From the human T2T-CHM13v2.0 reference genome, Homo sapiens: a stretch of 64,000 nt of DNA. The first letter of the stretch is position 1. Every line of letters begins with the position of its first letter. The position numbers and the translations under genes were made by a program. Below are positions 14,110 to 26,969 of the stretch, piece by piece. Location: the NCBI RefSeq assembly GCF_009914755.1, contig NC_060942.1. One strand, written 5' to 3'. Under the pieces are notes generated by a model. It saw only the letters and a list, made by a program, of their open reading frames with translations, searched no databases and was not told the origin of the DNA.

Positions 14110-14670
14110 TATTCTGAACAATTTTCTGAGATAATTTAGAAATTGTCTGTCTTCTTGGCCTCAGAGCCTAGAGATGCCGACTTCCAGGCACAGAATGGAT
14201 GGAGTGAAAGAGGTTCTGCCATCCTTCCCATAAGCCTTGATGACATTGATGCAAGGCTGTGAATCTTGCATATTACAAAAGCACTCTCAGATAAACAATT
14301 CTTTACTGATTTTCAACATGTTAAATATTCAGACATTTTTTCTATTTAAATTGGTAGTCTATGCTGTAACAGTATCAACAGACACTGACAATGTTATAAA
14401 TAAGAGTGATTTTTAAATTTTCTTTCTCCTTATTTTCCAGTTTCTTTTTAACCACAAATGCGGATTACATGCATAACAAATAAATGAATAAAAATAAACA
14501 AAAGCAATTAGCAGACTGTTGAAATCAACCCAGTATTTTTTCCCCCTGGATACACTTAATTACTTTTCATGACCAAAATATGTTTCTGTGACAAGTCTTT
14601 GCTCACGCACAGGTTTGAAAACATGTCTTAATTCCAAGATGTCAAATGTTTGTTTGATTTTCATTCAAAG

Positions 14671-14770
14671 GGGTATTGCCAATGCAAGCTTCATGTTGAA
14701 GGTCCTACTTGTAGCCGCTGCAAACTGTTATATTGGAATCTGGACAAAGAAAACCCCAGTGGATGTTCAG
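14671..14770 (+). CDS. LAMA3: LAMA3 coding exon (100 nt) GYCQCKLHVEGPTC...NPSGCS
   Basis: ttcaaag| acceptor, CAG|gtaggt donor; LE cysteines. Confidence 0.95.
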
Positions 14771-15455
14771 GTAGGTTTCTTATATGTCATAATTTACTAT
14801 ATTATAATGTTCTCTTAATTTTCTCTGCCTCAGTGACTAAATCCACAAAAGAGCTATTTGTTGAATCACTTCAATTTGACAAGATTCTATGTAATGTTCT
14901 GATGTTTTCCCCCCACTTTTGACAGAATTTCTGTCACTTTCAAAATCTTAGCAAGGGATTTCTATCCTGTTTCTGTATGTATTTTGTTGTTTGAGAAGGC
15001 AGCTACTTGATAAATGGTTTTTATGTCCTTGTTTTTATAATTTACTTTTTCTGGTTTAATTTTAATTTTATGCTTATATCAGAGCCAGTATAAGGACTTA
15101 AAAACACCGAGTTAAGGATACTGAATAACCTTGAATAGAGTGTATTTTCATGCATGCATATCAGTAATGACCTCGGCATTGGAATCATTCAAAAATCCCA
15201 TGATGTTGCAGCTTTTGTCATGAAGTAGCCATGAACTAGCTGTTACTTTTTGTAAATGGATAGTGTGGATTGGTCTGTTCTGCCAACTTCAGAAAGCAGT
15301 CTAATTTTAGGCCTCAGCGATGCAAACTCTCATTCTGTTGAACTGCGCTGGCAAGGCCAACTGCACACGTTGTGTTGCAGCTGTGTAATGTTCCCAGAGC
15401 CAGGAACTGTCTTTTGTGTCTCCCTTAGTTCAAGGATGCTCTCTTATCTCCACAG

Positions 15456-15508
15456 AATGCAAGTGCCATAAGGCGGGAACAGTGAGTGGAACTGGAGAGT
15501 GTAGGCAG
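15456..15508 (+). CDS. LAMA3: LAMA3 coding exon (53 nt) ECKCHKAGTVSGTGECRQ
   Basis: ctccacag| acceptor, CAG|gtaaag donor; phase 1-0. Confidence 0.93.
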
Positions 15509-15735
15509 GTAAAGTGGGCTGAGTTTTCATGTGACAACAGCAGAATGCTACAGCAACTGCTTGTGGGGTTTCTGGGGGCGTGTGTTAGTACTTCTGTCAT
15601 TCTACAGTGCATGGTAATCCTTTCCAGATCCTGGCTACACTGCTTCCTATTATACAGTGAGGCAGTTTTCAATCTTGAAGATTAGTGAATTCTGTAATTA
15701 TATCAAATGTTGTCATCTGGCTCACTGTTCTGCAG

Positions 15736-15841
15736 GGAGATGGTGACTGTCACTGCAAGTCCCATGTGGGTGGCGATTCCTGCGACACCTGTGAAGATGG
15801 ATATTTTGCTTTGGAAAAGAGCAATTACTTTGGGTGTCAAG
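15736..15841 (+). CDS. LAMA3: LAMA3 coding exon (106 nt) GDGDCHCKSHVGGDSC...YFGCQ
   Basis: ttctgcag| acceptor, AAG|gtaaat donor; LE cysteines. Confidence 0.95.
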
Positions 15842-16407
15842 GTAAATAAGTCCATTGGGCCCTGAGCAAAGCACAGTGTTGATGGACAAAGATGGTCTAA
15901 ATAACATTTCTTCTGAGTTTGTCATCTTCACGCAGACTTTCTGATGGAATGGCCCTGAAACATTCTGTCCAGGGAATTTGGCCAAACATTGATTACATTG
16001 AAACTAGTAAATTGCAAGTGGGGCTGTTTCTACTTCTCTTCTACCAGCACACTGTGGGTTTAATGATAAGAAACATAACTGGGATGGGAGGGCATCTGTT
16101 AGTTTTATAAATAACATCAATATTTAGTAATTTTAAAGATATATTTTATATTATCAAAAATGCTAGCATCAGATTTTTAGAGACAGTGTTGTGTTAAATA
16201 ATGAAATTGCAGGACAGGTGCCCCGCAAGGCTACTCTTGAATCTCTCGCTCGGCCCCTGGTTATCACATGTTCTTTAGAACAGCACTGTTTCTGAAGCGC
16301 GTTTACTCCTGGGCTGCTGTTGTCTTTGCATTGGACAACAGCATTTGAGCTGGCTTATAGTAGCCGCCTCCAACTTAGAAGCAGACCTTTGGAAAGACAC
16401 CATTTTA

Positions 16408-16449
16408 ATTTTGTTTTTGTTTTTGTTTTGGTTTTGGTTTTGGTTTTTG
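16408..16449 (+). repeat. (TTTTTG/TTTTGG)n low-complexity repeat
   Basis: visible hexamer reiteration. Confidence 0.7.
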
Positions 16450-16655
16450 TGGTTGAATCTGATTTCCAAGCGCGGACACACCATTTTGGTTTGGGAGTTT
16501 CCAAGATTTCAAACACTTGCCAGACAGATGTGGCAGAGGAAAGAAGGCAGGCACTGTGTCACTGGGATGGTCAGTTTTCCTTTCTTGTACAGCAGGGGAG
16601 GCGCTCAGTGTGGAGATGGTTTAAGGTATAACTGCTGCTGTTTCCTGGCTTTCAG

Positions 16656-16755
16656 GGTGTCAGTGTGACATTGGTGGGGCATTGTCCTCCATGTGCAGTG
16701 GGCCCTCGGGAGTGTGCCAGTGCCGAGAGCATGTCGTGGGAAAGGTGTGCCAGCG
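16656..16755 (+). CDS. LAMA3: LAMA3 coding exon (100 nt) GCQCDIGGALSSMC...KVCQR (partial LE before the globular insert)
   Basis: ctttcag| acceptor, GCG|gtgagt donor; phase 1-2. Confidence 0.95.
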
Positions 16756-17115
16756 GTGAGTCTTCGGGAGGCTTCTTCCCATGTTCAGGGTGTGAAAGAT
16801 GGTCTTAGACATTCCTGCCTGTGCTACAGCTCTGGAGAAGAGAGAAGCAGCCCTAAAGATCGAGGTCAGGGGAAGCTGTCCTATGTCAATTGAAATCTGG
16901 ACATTTGTGTGTGAGTTGTTTAAAACAGGAGATTACTTTGCCCATAAAGCCTGTTCTACTGTGTAGACCATGAAGTACTTTCGCTTGAAAATTCCCACAG
17001 GTACAAAAACCAGGTGGGCAAGACGAGAGCTGGAAGCATGAAGTGGGTTCTCAGGGCTCAACTTCCATGTGCAAGTTGGAGCAGGAGGAGCCCACAGATA
17101 GGCCCGCTCCAGGGA

Positions 17116-17271
17116 GAGAGGGAATAAGAGGGGGTGGTGCCACACACCCAGTTGCCTGGGCCAATAAGAAAGGGAATAAGAGGGGGCAGTGCGACATACC
17201 CAGGTGCTTGGGTCAATAAGAGAAGGCATAAGAGGGAGTGCCACCACACACCCAGGTGCCTGGGCTAATAA
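17116..17271 (+). repeat. Tandem repeat, 3 x 52 bp
   Basis: units start at 17116, 17168 and 17220; shared ataagaggg...cccag(g/t)tgc(c/t)tggg..aataa. Confidence 0.9.
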
Positions 17272-17728
17272 GGTTCAGTTCCTGTTTCCCTCTTGGGACC
17301 CAGGAGTGAGGAAGTAGAGAGGCCAAAGTTGTTCCCCAGGGTTGCGGTGGGGGTAGAGGGTAAGAAAACTTTGGAAGTGGGGAAGAAGTACTTTGTCTCA
17401 TGCAGAAGCAGGTGACAATGAACTATAGGAGCGAGGGAATGAGGTGGAGATTGAGACTGGGGAACTATAGGAACTATGGTATTGTTCCATCTCTTAAGCC
17501 ATTATATTTTACCATTTATAAACGTTTTGAAACCTTGATGTTTCATCCATGATTTTTCCTCTGTGAAGGGAAAAAAAGTAACTTCTGAATCTCAGGTCCC
17601 TTCACTACTTGCATTAGTAACAGATTTATAAAGAAATTTTTTATGTCGTGGAGGTAAATTGTATTTAGCAAGGTGATTCTCTCCTTTCCCTCAATGTTTC
17701 CAACATTTGAATTCTAAAAGTCAGAGCA

Positions 17729-17995
17729 GGCTGGGAGTGATGTCCCAGTTGGGACAATTGCTTGAGGCCAGGAGTTTAAGACCAGCCTGAGCAACATAGT
17801 GAGACCCGATCCCTATAAAAAAAAATACAACAATTAGGCAGGCACTGTGGCACATGCCTGTAGTCCTAGCTGCTCAGGAGGCTGAGGCAGGAGGATAGCT
17901 TGAGCCCAGGAGTTTGAGGTTGCGGTGAGCTATGATTGCATCACTGCACTACAGCCTGAGTGACAGAGCAAGACCTTGTCTTTAATAAAAACAAA
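17729..17995 (+). mobile_element. AluJ (left arm internally deleted)
   Basis: Alu body; TSD aaaagtcagag at 17716-17726 and 17996-18006. Confidence 0.88.
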
Positions 17996-18151
17996 AAAAG
18001 TCAGAGTAACCCAGCCGCACTTTCCCTCAGTTGGGGGCTTGGAGTAAAAGATCTGTGAAGAGGGCATGTCTGTAGGTTTGTTTTCCTGAAGACCATTGAG
18101 CCTCCCCATGGGCCAGGGGAGCTTTGTAAATGCCTGCATAAAACGTTTTCC

Positions 18152-18500
<349 letters not shown>

Positions 18501-18944
18501 TTAACCAGCAAACATTTTTTCTTCTTCCAACTATGTAGGTGATTGACTGATTTTCAGCATAAAATAATGCAATCAAATAGGAATTAAGTTACCCAGCCTG
18601 AGGCAAGAATATTAACTTTTTACATGATACATGCACACATACATATATCTTCAAGTTTAGAGCGTGTCCTTGGATTTAGTGGTAAATTATAACTGAAATA
18701 AAGGCTAGCAAACCAACAGTGTGGATGCCGGAGCACCTTGTCTCCAACATGACAATCTTGCATCCTTTTGTACTAAATTCCCCCACATGTTTGCTCTGGT
18801 TTTATCAGAGAATTTTTAGGTTTTCTGACAAGTGTAGAAAGAATTCACGTTTGCTTTATTTTCTGAATAATTCTTGTGGTGATAAATGTAATATATGTCC
18901 AGTGAACAAATTTTAATAAATTCATCAAAGTAAAAAGGCAAAGA

Positions 18945-19380
18945 AAAATCTTCATTTCTCTACCCAGAGATAACCCCTTTTTAATATTTTTGGTGTATTT
19001 TTTCTAGACCTTGTCTATGAATTAAAAATTAGCATTCTATTTTTTCATATAATTCACATTCATTACTTCACATCATATTGTAAATATTTCCTATTATCAT
19101 TAGCCTTCACATTTTAAATGGTTATGTATTTTTTTTTATAATTTATCTCATAATTGTACACTTATGTTGTTTCCAGGTCTTCACTGTTTTAAACATTCTT
19201 TTATGTTAATTCTTTGACTATCTACAAAATCTTTCTTTAGAACAGATTCCTGGAAGTAGAATTACTGGGTCAATATGTGTGAACATTTTTAAGGATCTTT
19301 GTAAATTGCTTCCAGAAAAGTTGTAAGCATTCCTAATTCTATTTGCAGTATAGGAGCATGGCCTTTTATTTCCTTAAACA
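18945..19380 (-). mobile_element. Old L1M (L1ME-like) fragment
   Basis: attcctggaagtagaattactgggtcaa and other antisense L1 ORF2-end motifs; boundaries approximate. Confidence 0.55.
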
Positions 19381-20108
19381 AATTCATCTTTATGGCATTA
19401 ATCCCACTAACTGCTATTAGCTTGTGACTGGATTGGCGAAGTGTCTTTTTTTTTTTTTGAGAACTTTAAGTAGATTGTTAAATGCCACACAATGTTGGAA
19501 TATTTTGGATACTTCTCTGTGCCTACCACAGCTGAGCTCTTGAAAAGAATTCATTAATAGGCATATAGTTTAAGAGAAAACAAGGCATAGAAGAGTCATT
19601 CTAATGATTAAAAAATAACATATCAAGAAAATATATCTAACTTGTAAATTTAGCATATGAAATATTTTATGTCATGTTCATCATTATACCTATGGTCCTT
19701 AGCAAGAGTGCCTGGCACATAGACATTAATATTTATGTAATGAGTGAATGAATATATAAATGAATGAGTGATTAAATAAATAAACAGTAAATAACCTAAT
19801 CTGACTTTGCTAAATTGTTGGCAACTATTTAGAACATACTAAAGGATGCTACCACTATGGCTTGTGCTAAACGATTTTCTCATCTTAATGCTTGGAATTA
19901 GTAGGCGTTGAGTGTGTTTTATGTGAATGTTTATGTGAATTAAAGCAATAATTTGGAGAAAGAGCAGAAGATCTTTCTCATTTGTCCTTTATTTAATGTA
20001 CTCTGTCAATGTGGTGGAGTTCTTTCATAGTAACTATTGTGATTAAAAGATGTTCAGATGATCTATGGACCTAACCTCCTGTATGTGTTTACTTTTTAAT
20101 TATGAAAG

Positions 20109-20265
20109 GCCTGAAAACAACTACTATTTCCCAGATTTGCATCATATGAAGTATGAGATTGAAGACGGCAGCACACCTAATGGGAGAGACCTTCGATTTG
20201 GATTTGATCCGCTGGCATTTCCTGAGTTTAGCTGGAGAGGATATGCCCAAATGACCTCAGTACAG
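20109..20265 (+). CDS. LAMA3: LAMA3 coding exon (157 nt) PENNYYFPDLHH...QMTSVQ, start of the globular insert
   Basis: atgaaag| acceptor, CAG|gtacgc donor; phase 2-0. Confidence 0.95.
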
Positions 20266-22519
20266 GTACGCAACCCGAAGAGAGCAGCTTCATGGCTGAG
20301 TAACTCAGATACTTCCCCACACCAGTCTCAGGGAGCCCCCTGAAAGGTGACCTGTCCCCAGAACTGATTCCACGATTCTTTTTCTCTATATTATGGGTTG
20401 GCATTGGAGTTTAGGTTAAACCTGGGGTTTGGGGTAGGGCTGTATATTAACTGATAAGCATATGTGTGGATTTCATAGTTCATTGTTACTTTAATTTGAT
20501 TACCAAATCAGAAAATTAAGAGATTAAAGAAAAATAGTGTTTATCTCTGGAGACTTTTTATAGAAGGGGGAAGTTTCCTAAATGACGTTAGGCTGTACTA
20601 GAATGTGAGGGACAGTTTTCTTTAAAGCCATTTGTGGAAAACAAAAATGAGTTGGCTTAAGTAATTCCAGTAAAGCTAGTGTTCCTAATTTTTGGCTGAT
20701 GCTTTTTTTAAACTTTGAATTGCTATGTACGTGGAAACTAAGATAAATAATGAATGTTTGTTAGTTAAGTGCTATTTCATTTTTCTTTTCCATATTTCTC
20801 TTTCCTTCATTCTTCTCTACTGCATCCATCTATCTTGGCTTTGTATTAGAATGAGTAGGGGAATTTATACATTCTTTGTTTACCTTTAGAACTTATACGT
20901 CTTGCTACTTATAACTAAAAAATTCTGTATAGCCATTGAGTAGCTTTGTCCTCAGAATTTGTCTTTGAGTTGGTTTCTTCAAGCTGTTTCTCAGTGGAGA
21001 AATTCAGAATATGAGAGGTAAATTAACGATCATGGTAACACAGTCTTTTTCATTAGCGCATCCAAGACTGCTGCTTGCTGTTGCTACCCCAGTCAGCCTG
21101 TAGAGAAGCTGGAACAGGGCCACAGTACTCTCAGACCCCTTCCCCTCATTGATTCTAATGCTGTTTTTTACCTGGCCAAAGTCCCCCATCCAAGCGGCCT
21201 TTCTGAAATGGTACCTAGGATCTTAAGACACTTCACTCTTTGCCCCCACTCCCCAAATACAGCTATTTAATTTCTTTAGTTCCCTGACATTACTTCACTA
21301 TTCAGAAAACAAGCAGTAAATTCCATTGTGTCATAATAAGATGTGAATGACTGACAACCCAATCAAAGGGTATACCTTCTCACAGGTGCTTACAGTTTCA
21401 CACAATAGCTGGTGGACACAAAGGAATTCATCTCTAATGACGCATTTTCTGATAAAGTTATTTTGGTCAGAGGACCTTGATGGTGTCCCCAGCATCACCA
21501 CTTACTTTACTCTGCTCCTAATAGATTTTTGCATATTTGTTTTCCATCTGAAACTAACACTTAAAGATGAATTCAGACGAATTGTGAGGATCAGCAGGAG
21601 TTCCTCAGTGTGGGTCACCTGTAGCTCCTGCTTTCAGAGCAAGTGATTCTGCACAAAGTCAGTCTTTATTGTCACCAATATCTCGCTTAAAAAAATATCC
21701 CCTTCCTTTTAAACAAAGAAGTTGGGGGAAATGCTAAAAGAACCACTGATTTGGGAATTTCCAAGTTTCATGAAGTTTCCTTGGGCCACAGCCCAATCTG
21801 GACATGCAGTCAGTGGTTCAGAATTAAAATAGTCTACTCTTTCCTTCAAGGGTCCAGGCTCCACAATGTTTACAGAATATTGTGTGAGCCCAGGCCCTGG
21901 GGACCAACAGAACCCCTCCTCTAGGTTGAAAAGCCATCATTTCTTTGCATAAGGAATTGAGATAAAACATCATACAACTTAATAGGCATATTTTAGTTAC
22001 ACCCAGATGTTACCACTATTGTATTTGGAGTCTTTAACCTTTCCTTGGCCACCGTTGGTTTCTGTGACCATTTAGACTTTATGTATGTGAAGCGGACTCT
22101 GAAGCAGTCTCTCTTTGGTGGTGTGAAATAATACCCTCTCCTTTCCTTCTCTTCTGCCTTTTTATTTTTCCTAGCCAGTGGTGGTTGCTCCGTCACTGTG
22201 GCTTTCTTAAACTAGCCCATCTAATACTCCACTCTGTCTGCCTGATTACAAAAAGGTCAAAAGAGGATCTCAGTTGCTGAGGGAGTGCGTTTTCACTGTA
22301 ATTTTGATTGTAAGTGATTTTAATTCATTGTTAGGTTTGCCTATTTCCATCTTTCACAAGTTACTCGGTGCTCGTTGACTGAGTGTGAGTGTGTATGTGT
22401 GTGTATGTGTGTACATTACAAGTCCAGTAGTGACACTTGAATAGAATAAAGTCACTGTTTGGCTAGCATGTCTTTTAACCATTTTTTTCTATGCTTTATG
22501 GCGTTTCGGTATTTTTCAG

Positions 22520-22643
22520 AATGATGTAAGAATAACATTGAATGTAGGGAAGTCAAGTGGCTCCTTGTTTCGTGTTATTCTGAGATACGTTAACCCTGGA
22601 ACTGAAGCAGTATCTGGCCATATAACTATTTATCCATCCTGGG
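22520..22643 (+). CDS. LAMA3: LAMA3 coding exon (124 nt) NDVRITLNVG...IYPSWG
   Basis: tttttcag| acceptor, GGG|gtaagg donor; phase 0-1. Confidence 0.93.
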
Positions 22644-24179
22644 GTAAGGCACGTAGGTAAAATGTCAAGCCTCTTTTCAATTAAGAAATAAATAGTGAAA
22701 CACTTTCTCTGATTTTCACAAAGTTGATCACCCTTAGAAAATGTCAAGCCTGGCTCATGGTCTGGTTAGACGGTTCTCTAGGAGCCCTGTCGTTTGTTAC
22801 CTTGCATTCTCTAAACAATCACTTAAGTTTTGCTACTGAATTTGTCCTTAACTGTCATTTTAAAAATCGATATAACAACCTATGTACCTTGGCTGAACCC
22901 CATGGGTTATGATGTCTTCACTGAGCAGAGCTCATTTATAACTCATTCACAGTGACGAGGGTGTCACTTTTTTGGTGTTATTTGAGAGATTTTGGCCCGC
23001 TGCCCTAAATTCTTCCATTGTTTCAAACCAACCAAATAGTCAGAGGAGAAATGGGTGAGGATGGGAATTTTTCCTATGAATGCTGTAAAGCATGAAGCCC
23101 AAATGAGTTCCAGGAGGGAGCTGCAAACCTGACTCAGGGATGAGGAATTCCTGAGGGCAGAGGGACAAGAGAAGAGAGCACAGCCTCGCCACAGGCAGAG
23201 AGAAGGCCCGCAGGTCTGTTCTTCAAGGTATTAGGGCTTCTACCTGTCCTGGAAACAGATTCCAAGAAGCATTTGGAATTTTACAAGGACACAAAATGGC
23301 ACCAATGGAAATCTAATTTAGGATCAAAATGTACGCCATCTTTGTTAAGCATCCACGGTTCATTCAGAATGGGGGAAGAAATGATGTCATTTCCGAGTTG
23401 TGTCAACCCAACTTGCGTGGCTGGAGGTTGATTAACCCATTGAATGAACTAGCAGGCTTACTTCATCATTCACAGAGTAATTTAGCACCCATTGCCTCAC
23501 ATCATAAGAACTTGGCAAACTGAGGAGAGTTGAAGAGAAAACAGAGCTGAGAGGTTTAGTAAATTGCCAGCCACAGCTGGATGTTTGTAGACAAAGTCTT
23601 CAGATTCCAAACTCTTAACAGGCCCCTCTGCCTCCTGCGTGACAATAACAGCAGCAGTTTGTTCTCTGTTAACTCAAATAGTTGGAATACATTTTGCTTC
23701 GTTTCCTTGTCCTCCGGGACACCTTTCCCCTAAGTCTGAGTTGGGAGCCCTAGTTATGTTATGTCCCATGGTAACTGGTGCCTCCTCCCAAATACCACTG
23801 TCCAAACTGTACCACATTTTCCTGTCTTCTAGTCCTTATTCCTCTCTGGTCCTCACCAGCAGGGAGCAAAGGCCATGCTTACTGTGTTTACTGCCTTGTC
23901 ACCAGAACTTAGTTCCAAGCCTGGCACATAGTAGGCCCCCATCAATGTATGTAGAACAAGAGTGAACCCAAAGATTTGGAGAAGATAATTCTTTGAAAGA
24001 AAAAGTCTCAATTGAACTTAGATGCAATAGTTTATTTCTTTCTGAACCTCTTGTAGAAGGTCCTCTCTTTGTTTAATGCAGAAGAAAACATATTTTTTCC
24101 TGAAAACAAACAAACGGAAGTGTAAAACTTTTTCTTATGCATGTTCATTAATAAAAATTAAAACTTAAAAATCACATAT

Positions 24180-24325
24180 GCTGTAGTCCCAGCTACTTGG
24201 GAGGCTGAAGTGGGAGGATTGCTGGAGCTCAGGAGTTTGAGGCTGTCATGAGCTATGATGGCATCTGTGAATAACCACTGCACTCCAGCCTGGGCAACAT
24301 AGTGGGACCCTGGCTTTAAAAAAAA
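24180..24325 (+). mobile_element. FAM (fossil Alu monomer), 5'-truncated
   Basis: retains the 7SL-like tgtgaataaccactgcactccagcctgggcaacatag segment; tcacatat TSD on both sides. Confidence 0.75.
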
Positions 24326-24690
24326 CTCACATATAAACAAGAAAGGAAAAAATAATTTAGTAGCTAATGTAATATATTGAATACTTACTATATGCAAGGC
24401 ACTTTCCTAAACTGTTTACAAGTATTAATATACTTATTTAATAAGTTAAACAATTATTCATAATCCCAGTGTAGATAGCCATTGCTGATGTCTTATCAGT
24501 ATCTTTCTAGCCTATTTTATACATATGTATTTGCATAGTACAATTTTTAAAGATAAGATCAGTAAATCTGATCAGTACATATCATCTTAAACTTTTTGAG
24601 ATGTAAACTGAATGTTCAAAACTGAATATCTAAAATCATAACACTGACTGATAGAAAAATGCCTTAAGCAGTTCTTTGTATTTCTGATAG

Positions 24691-24833
24691 GTGCTGCTCA
24701 AAGCAAAGAGATCATCTTCCTGCCGAGTAAGGAGCCAGCCTTTGTCACTGTCCCTGGAAATGGTTTTGCAGACCCATTTTCAATCACACCAGGAATATGG
24801 GTTGCTTGTATTAAGGCAGAAGGAGTCCTTCTG
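24691..24833 (+). CDS. LAMA3: LAMA3 coding exon (143 nt) AAQSKEIIFLP...AEGVLL
   Basis: ttctgatag| acceptor, CTG|gtaaga donor; phase 1-0. Confidence 0.93.
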
Positions 24834-26969
24834 GTAAGACTTAGTTCTGAATGGAGAGCTCCTGCGGGATTCTTCCTACCTCAGAAGTGGTTCCATCCAA
24901 GACTACAATCCACAGCGACCATAAAATATCACAATCATTGGTGGTTTTAGACACAGGAACAATTCAGCCCCAACCTAAGGAAACTGTGGTGACATTCACC
25001 CTCAAATGACATAGGAATCAACTTGAAGTATCTTTTGTATCCTTTCAGCTAGCTTCTCTTGGACAAAAAAAATAAAAGATAAAAAAGGTCTCCTAAAGAC
25101 TCTTAATTATCAGAACAAATGCGAAGCCTTCATGAGTATGTGGCTTCACCCTTCCAAAGCTTGTATGGGATTTTCCAGCATGAGTCAGAAGTATAGACTT
25201 TAGCACTCATTGCCTCACATCATAAGAACTAGCAACTTCACCTGGTTATTGTCTACACTGTCTGGAGATTGTGTAGAACCAAGGAAGAATAACCTAGAAG
25301 ACAAGCAGATATGGATTTCAGTAAAGTTCTTGGGGGTGGAAAGAGAAGCAAGAGGCTACAGGAGCCACTGCTTCTCCATGACACTCTTTCTGCTTTCTTC
25401 TGTGTTAAACCTAAAGCAGGTTTATTCCCACCAAACAGATTGCCTACAACAGAGAACTCTTTGTTCAGGAAAGGCTTTGTCTGCAAACACCTAATAGAAT
25501 AGCCAGAGAAGCCATGGGGAGTTGGAAGGATGAAACCTGTTCTCTGAGACAGCCCTCTTTGCTATGTGCTTTAAGGCCTGCTTTGCTTCATGGCAAGGTC
25601 TTTTCAAAATAGAGTCCTTGGGAAAAGCTTGATTTCATGCTCTCAAGTGGAAAACATAAAGCTTTTCCTTCAGGCACAACCCTGTTTATTGGCCATGTTA
25701 GCAAATCTTAGGAAAGTCGCTTAATTCCAATCCTGTCTCTTCCAGTCCTGCCAGTTGCTTCTTCCATACAACAGGGACAATACTTATCTTAATAGGTCCT
25801 TCCAAATTGGGATCTTACAAGGATAACATGAGGGATTGTTCTTTCCATTCAAGACAACAAAGGAACATCAGAAGGTCTCTGCTCTTCTTGCATCTTCTTA
25901 GTAGGAAGCTTTATTGCTTAAAAAAAAAAAAGTTCAAGAATGTTTCACAGATGGTAGAAATGAGGCAGAGGAAAATTCCATTGATACTAGTAACGGGTAC
26001 AAAGTTGGACTCACGGAAAGTAGAAGTTCATTATAAAAGTTACTGTTTAGGCATGGAAGATGCCTAATGACATTATCATTAGGCATCATAAGGGTGCCTA
26101 TGATCAACCTTTACTATTCTATTATCTGTGAGACTATAAAGTCATGAGGAGAGAGGAGACATGGTCCCAAACTCAGCAAACTTACTAGTAGAACAGTAAC
26201 CCTTTTAAAATTTAAACCTACTGAGTCCCCTCAGCCACAATCTCTTACTTTTCCCCTCCTATACATTTCTGTCTGAGGAGAGAAAAAGCTTTGTGGTCTG
26301 TGTATGAGCTCTTTGCCCTCCCCTCTTCCCTCTGCAGATATGTGCTGCTGTCAGGACGGCTAGGGGCTGTCAATCATTCACCTCCCAGAAGCCTGCAGCT
26401 CTGCTCTTTCCTGAAGAGCTGCTTAGCTGAATTTACGTTGTGGGCTTTGTTTGGCACACTCAGTGGAACATGTTCTTCCTCTCGTTTCTTGGGACAGGCA
26501 GTAGGCCAGTTCCATTCTGTGAATCACCAAGATCACAAGGCATTGCTTTTTATACCGTGCCAGTTGAGCGTTACTCGGGTGTGGGAGTAGAAAGTGATCC
26601 ACATTCAGTGTTCTGTACTGCTGAAGGCAACCAGCATTTCCACAGAACATTTCATCAGTTGACAATTTATTATCTTTGTTAATTTGTGAATTTATAAACA
26701 ACCAAGGAGAGACAGTAAAATCTCTCTTGAAACTTGAAGAATAAAACTGTTCACACTGACAAGTTTCTCTCTGATACATAAAGAATCTTTGATGAGTGGT
26801 TCTTTGTGTTTCGGTGAGTCGGGATGAAGAACAAAGCAGTTGATATGGAGAGTTTAACTAGCGACTTCACCTGGTTATTATTGATTTAACTAGTATGTTT
26901 GATTATTTTCTATCCAAAGTAGGGCTACCATCAAAATGAATGATTCTCCTTTTGGTCTTTATTTTCTAG

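Noticed and set aside
17116-17271. CRISPR-like array
   Set aside because: Units are contiguous diverged tandem copies without unique spacers, in a eukaryotic intron with no cas genes
22659-22752. 14-nt direct repeat aaaatgtcaagcct downstream of an exon donor
   Set aside because: Too short to interpret; no intervening element recognisable as an insertion with this TSD
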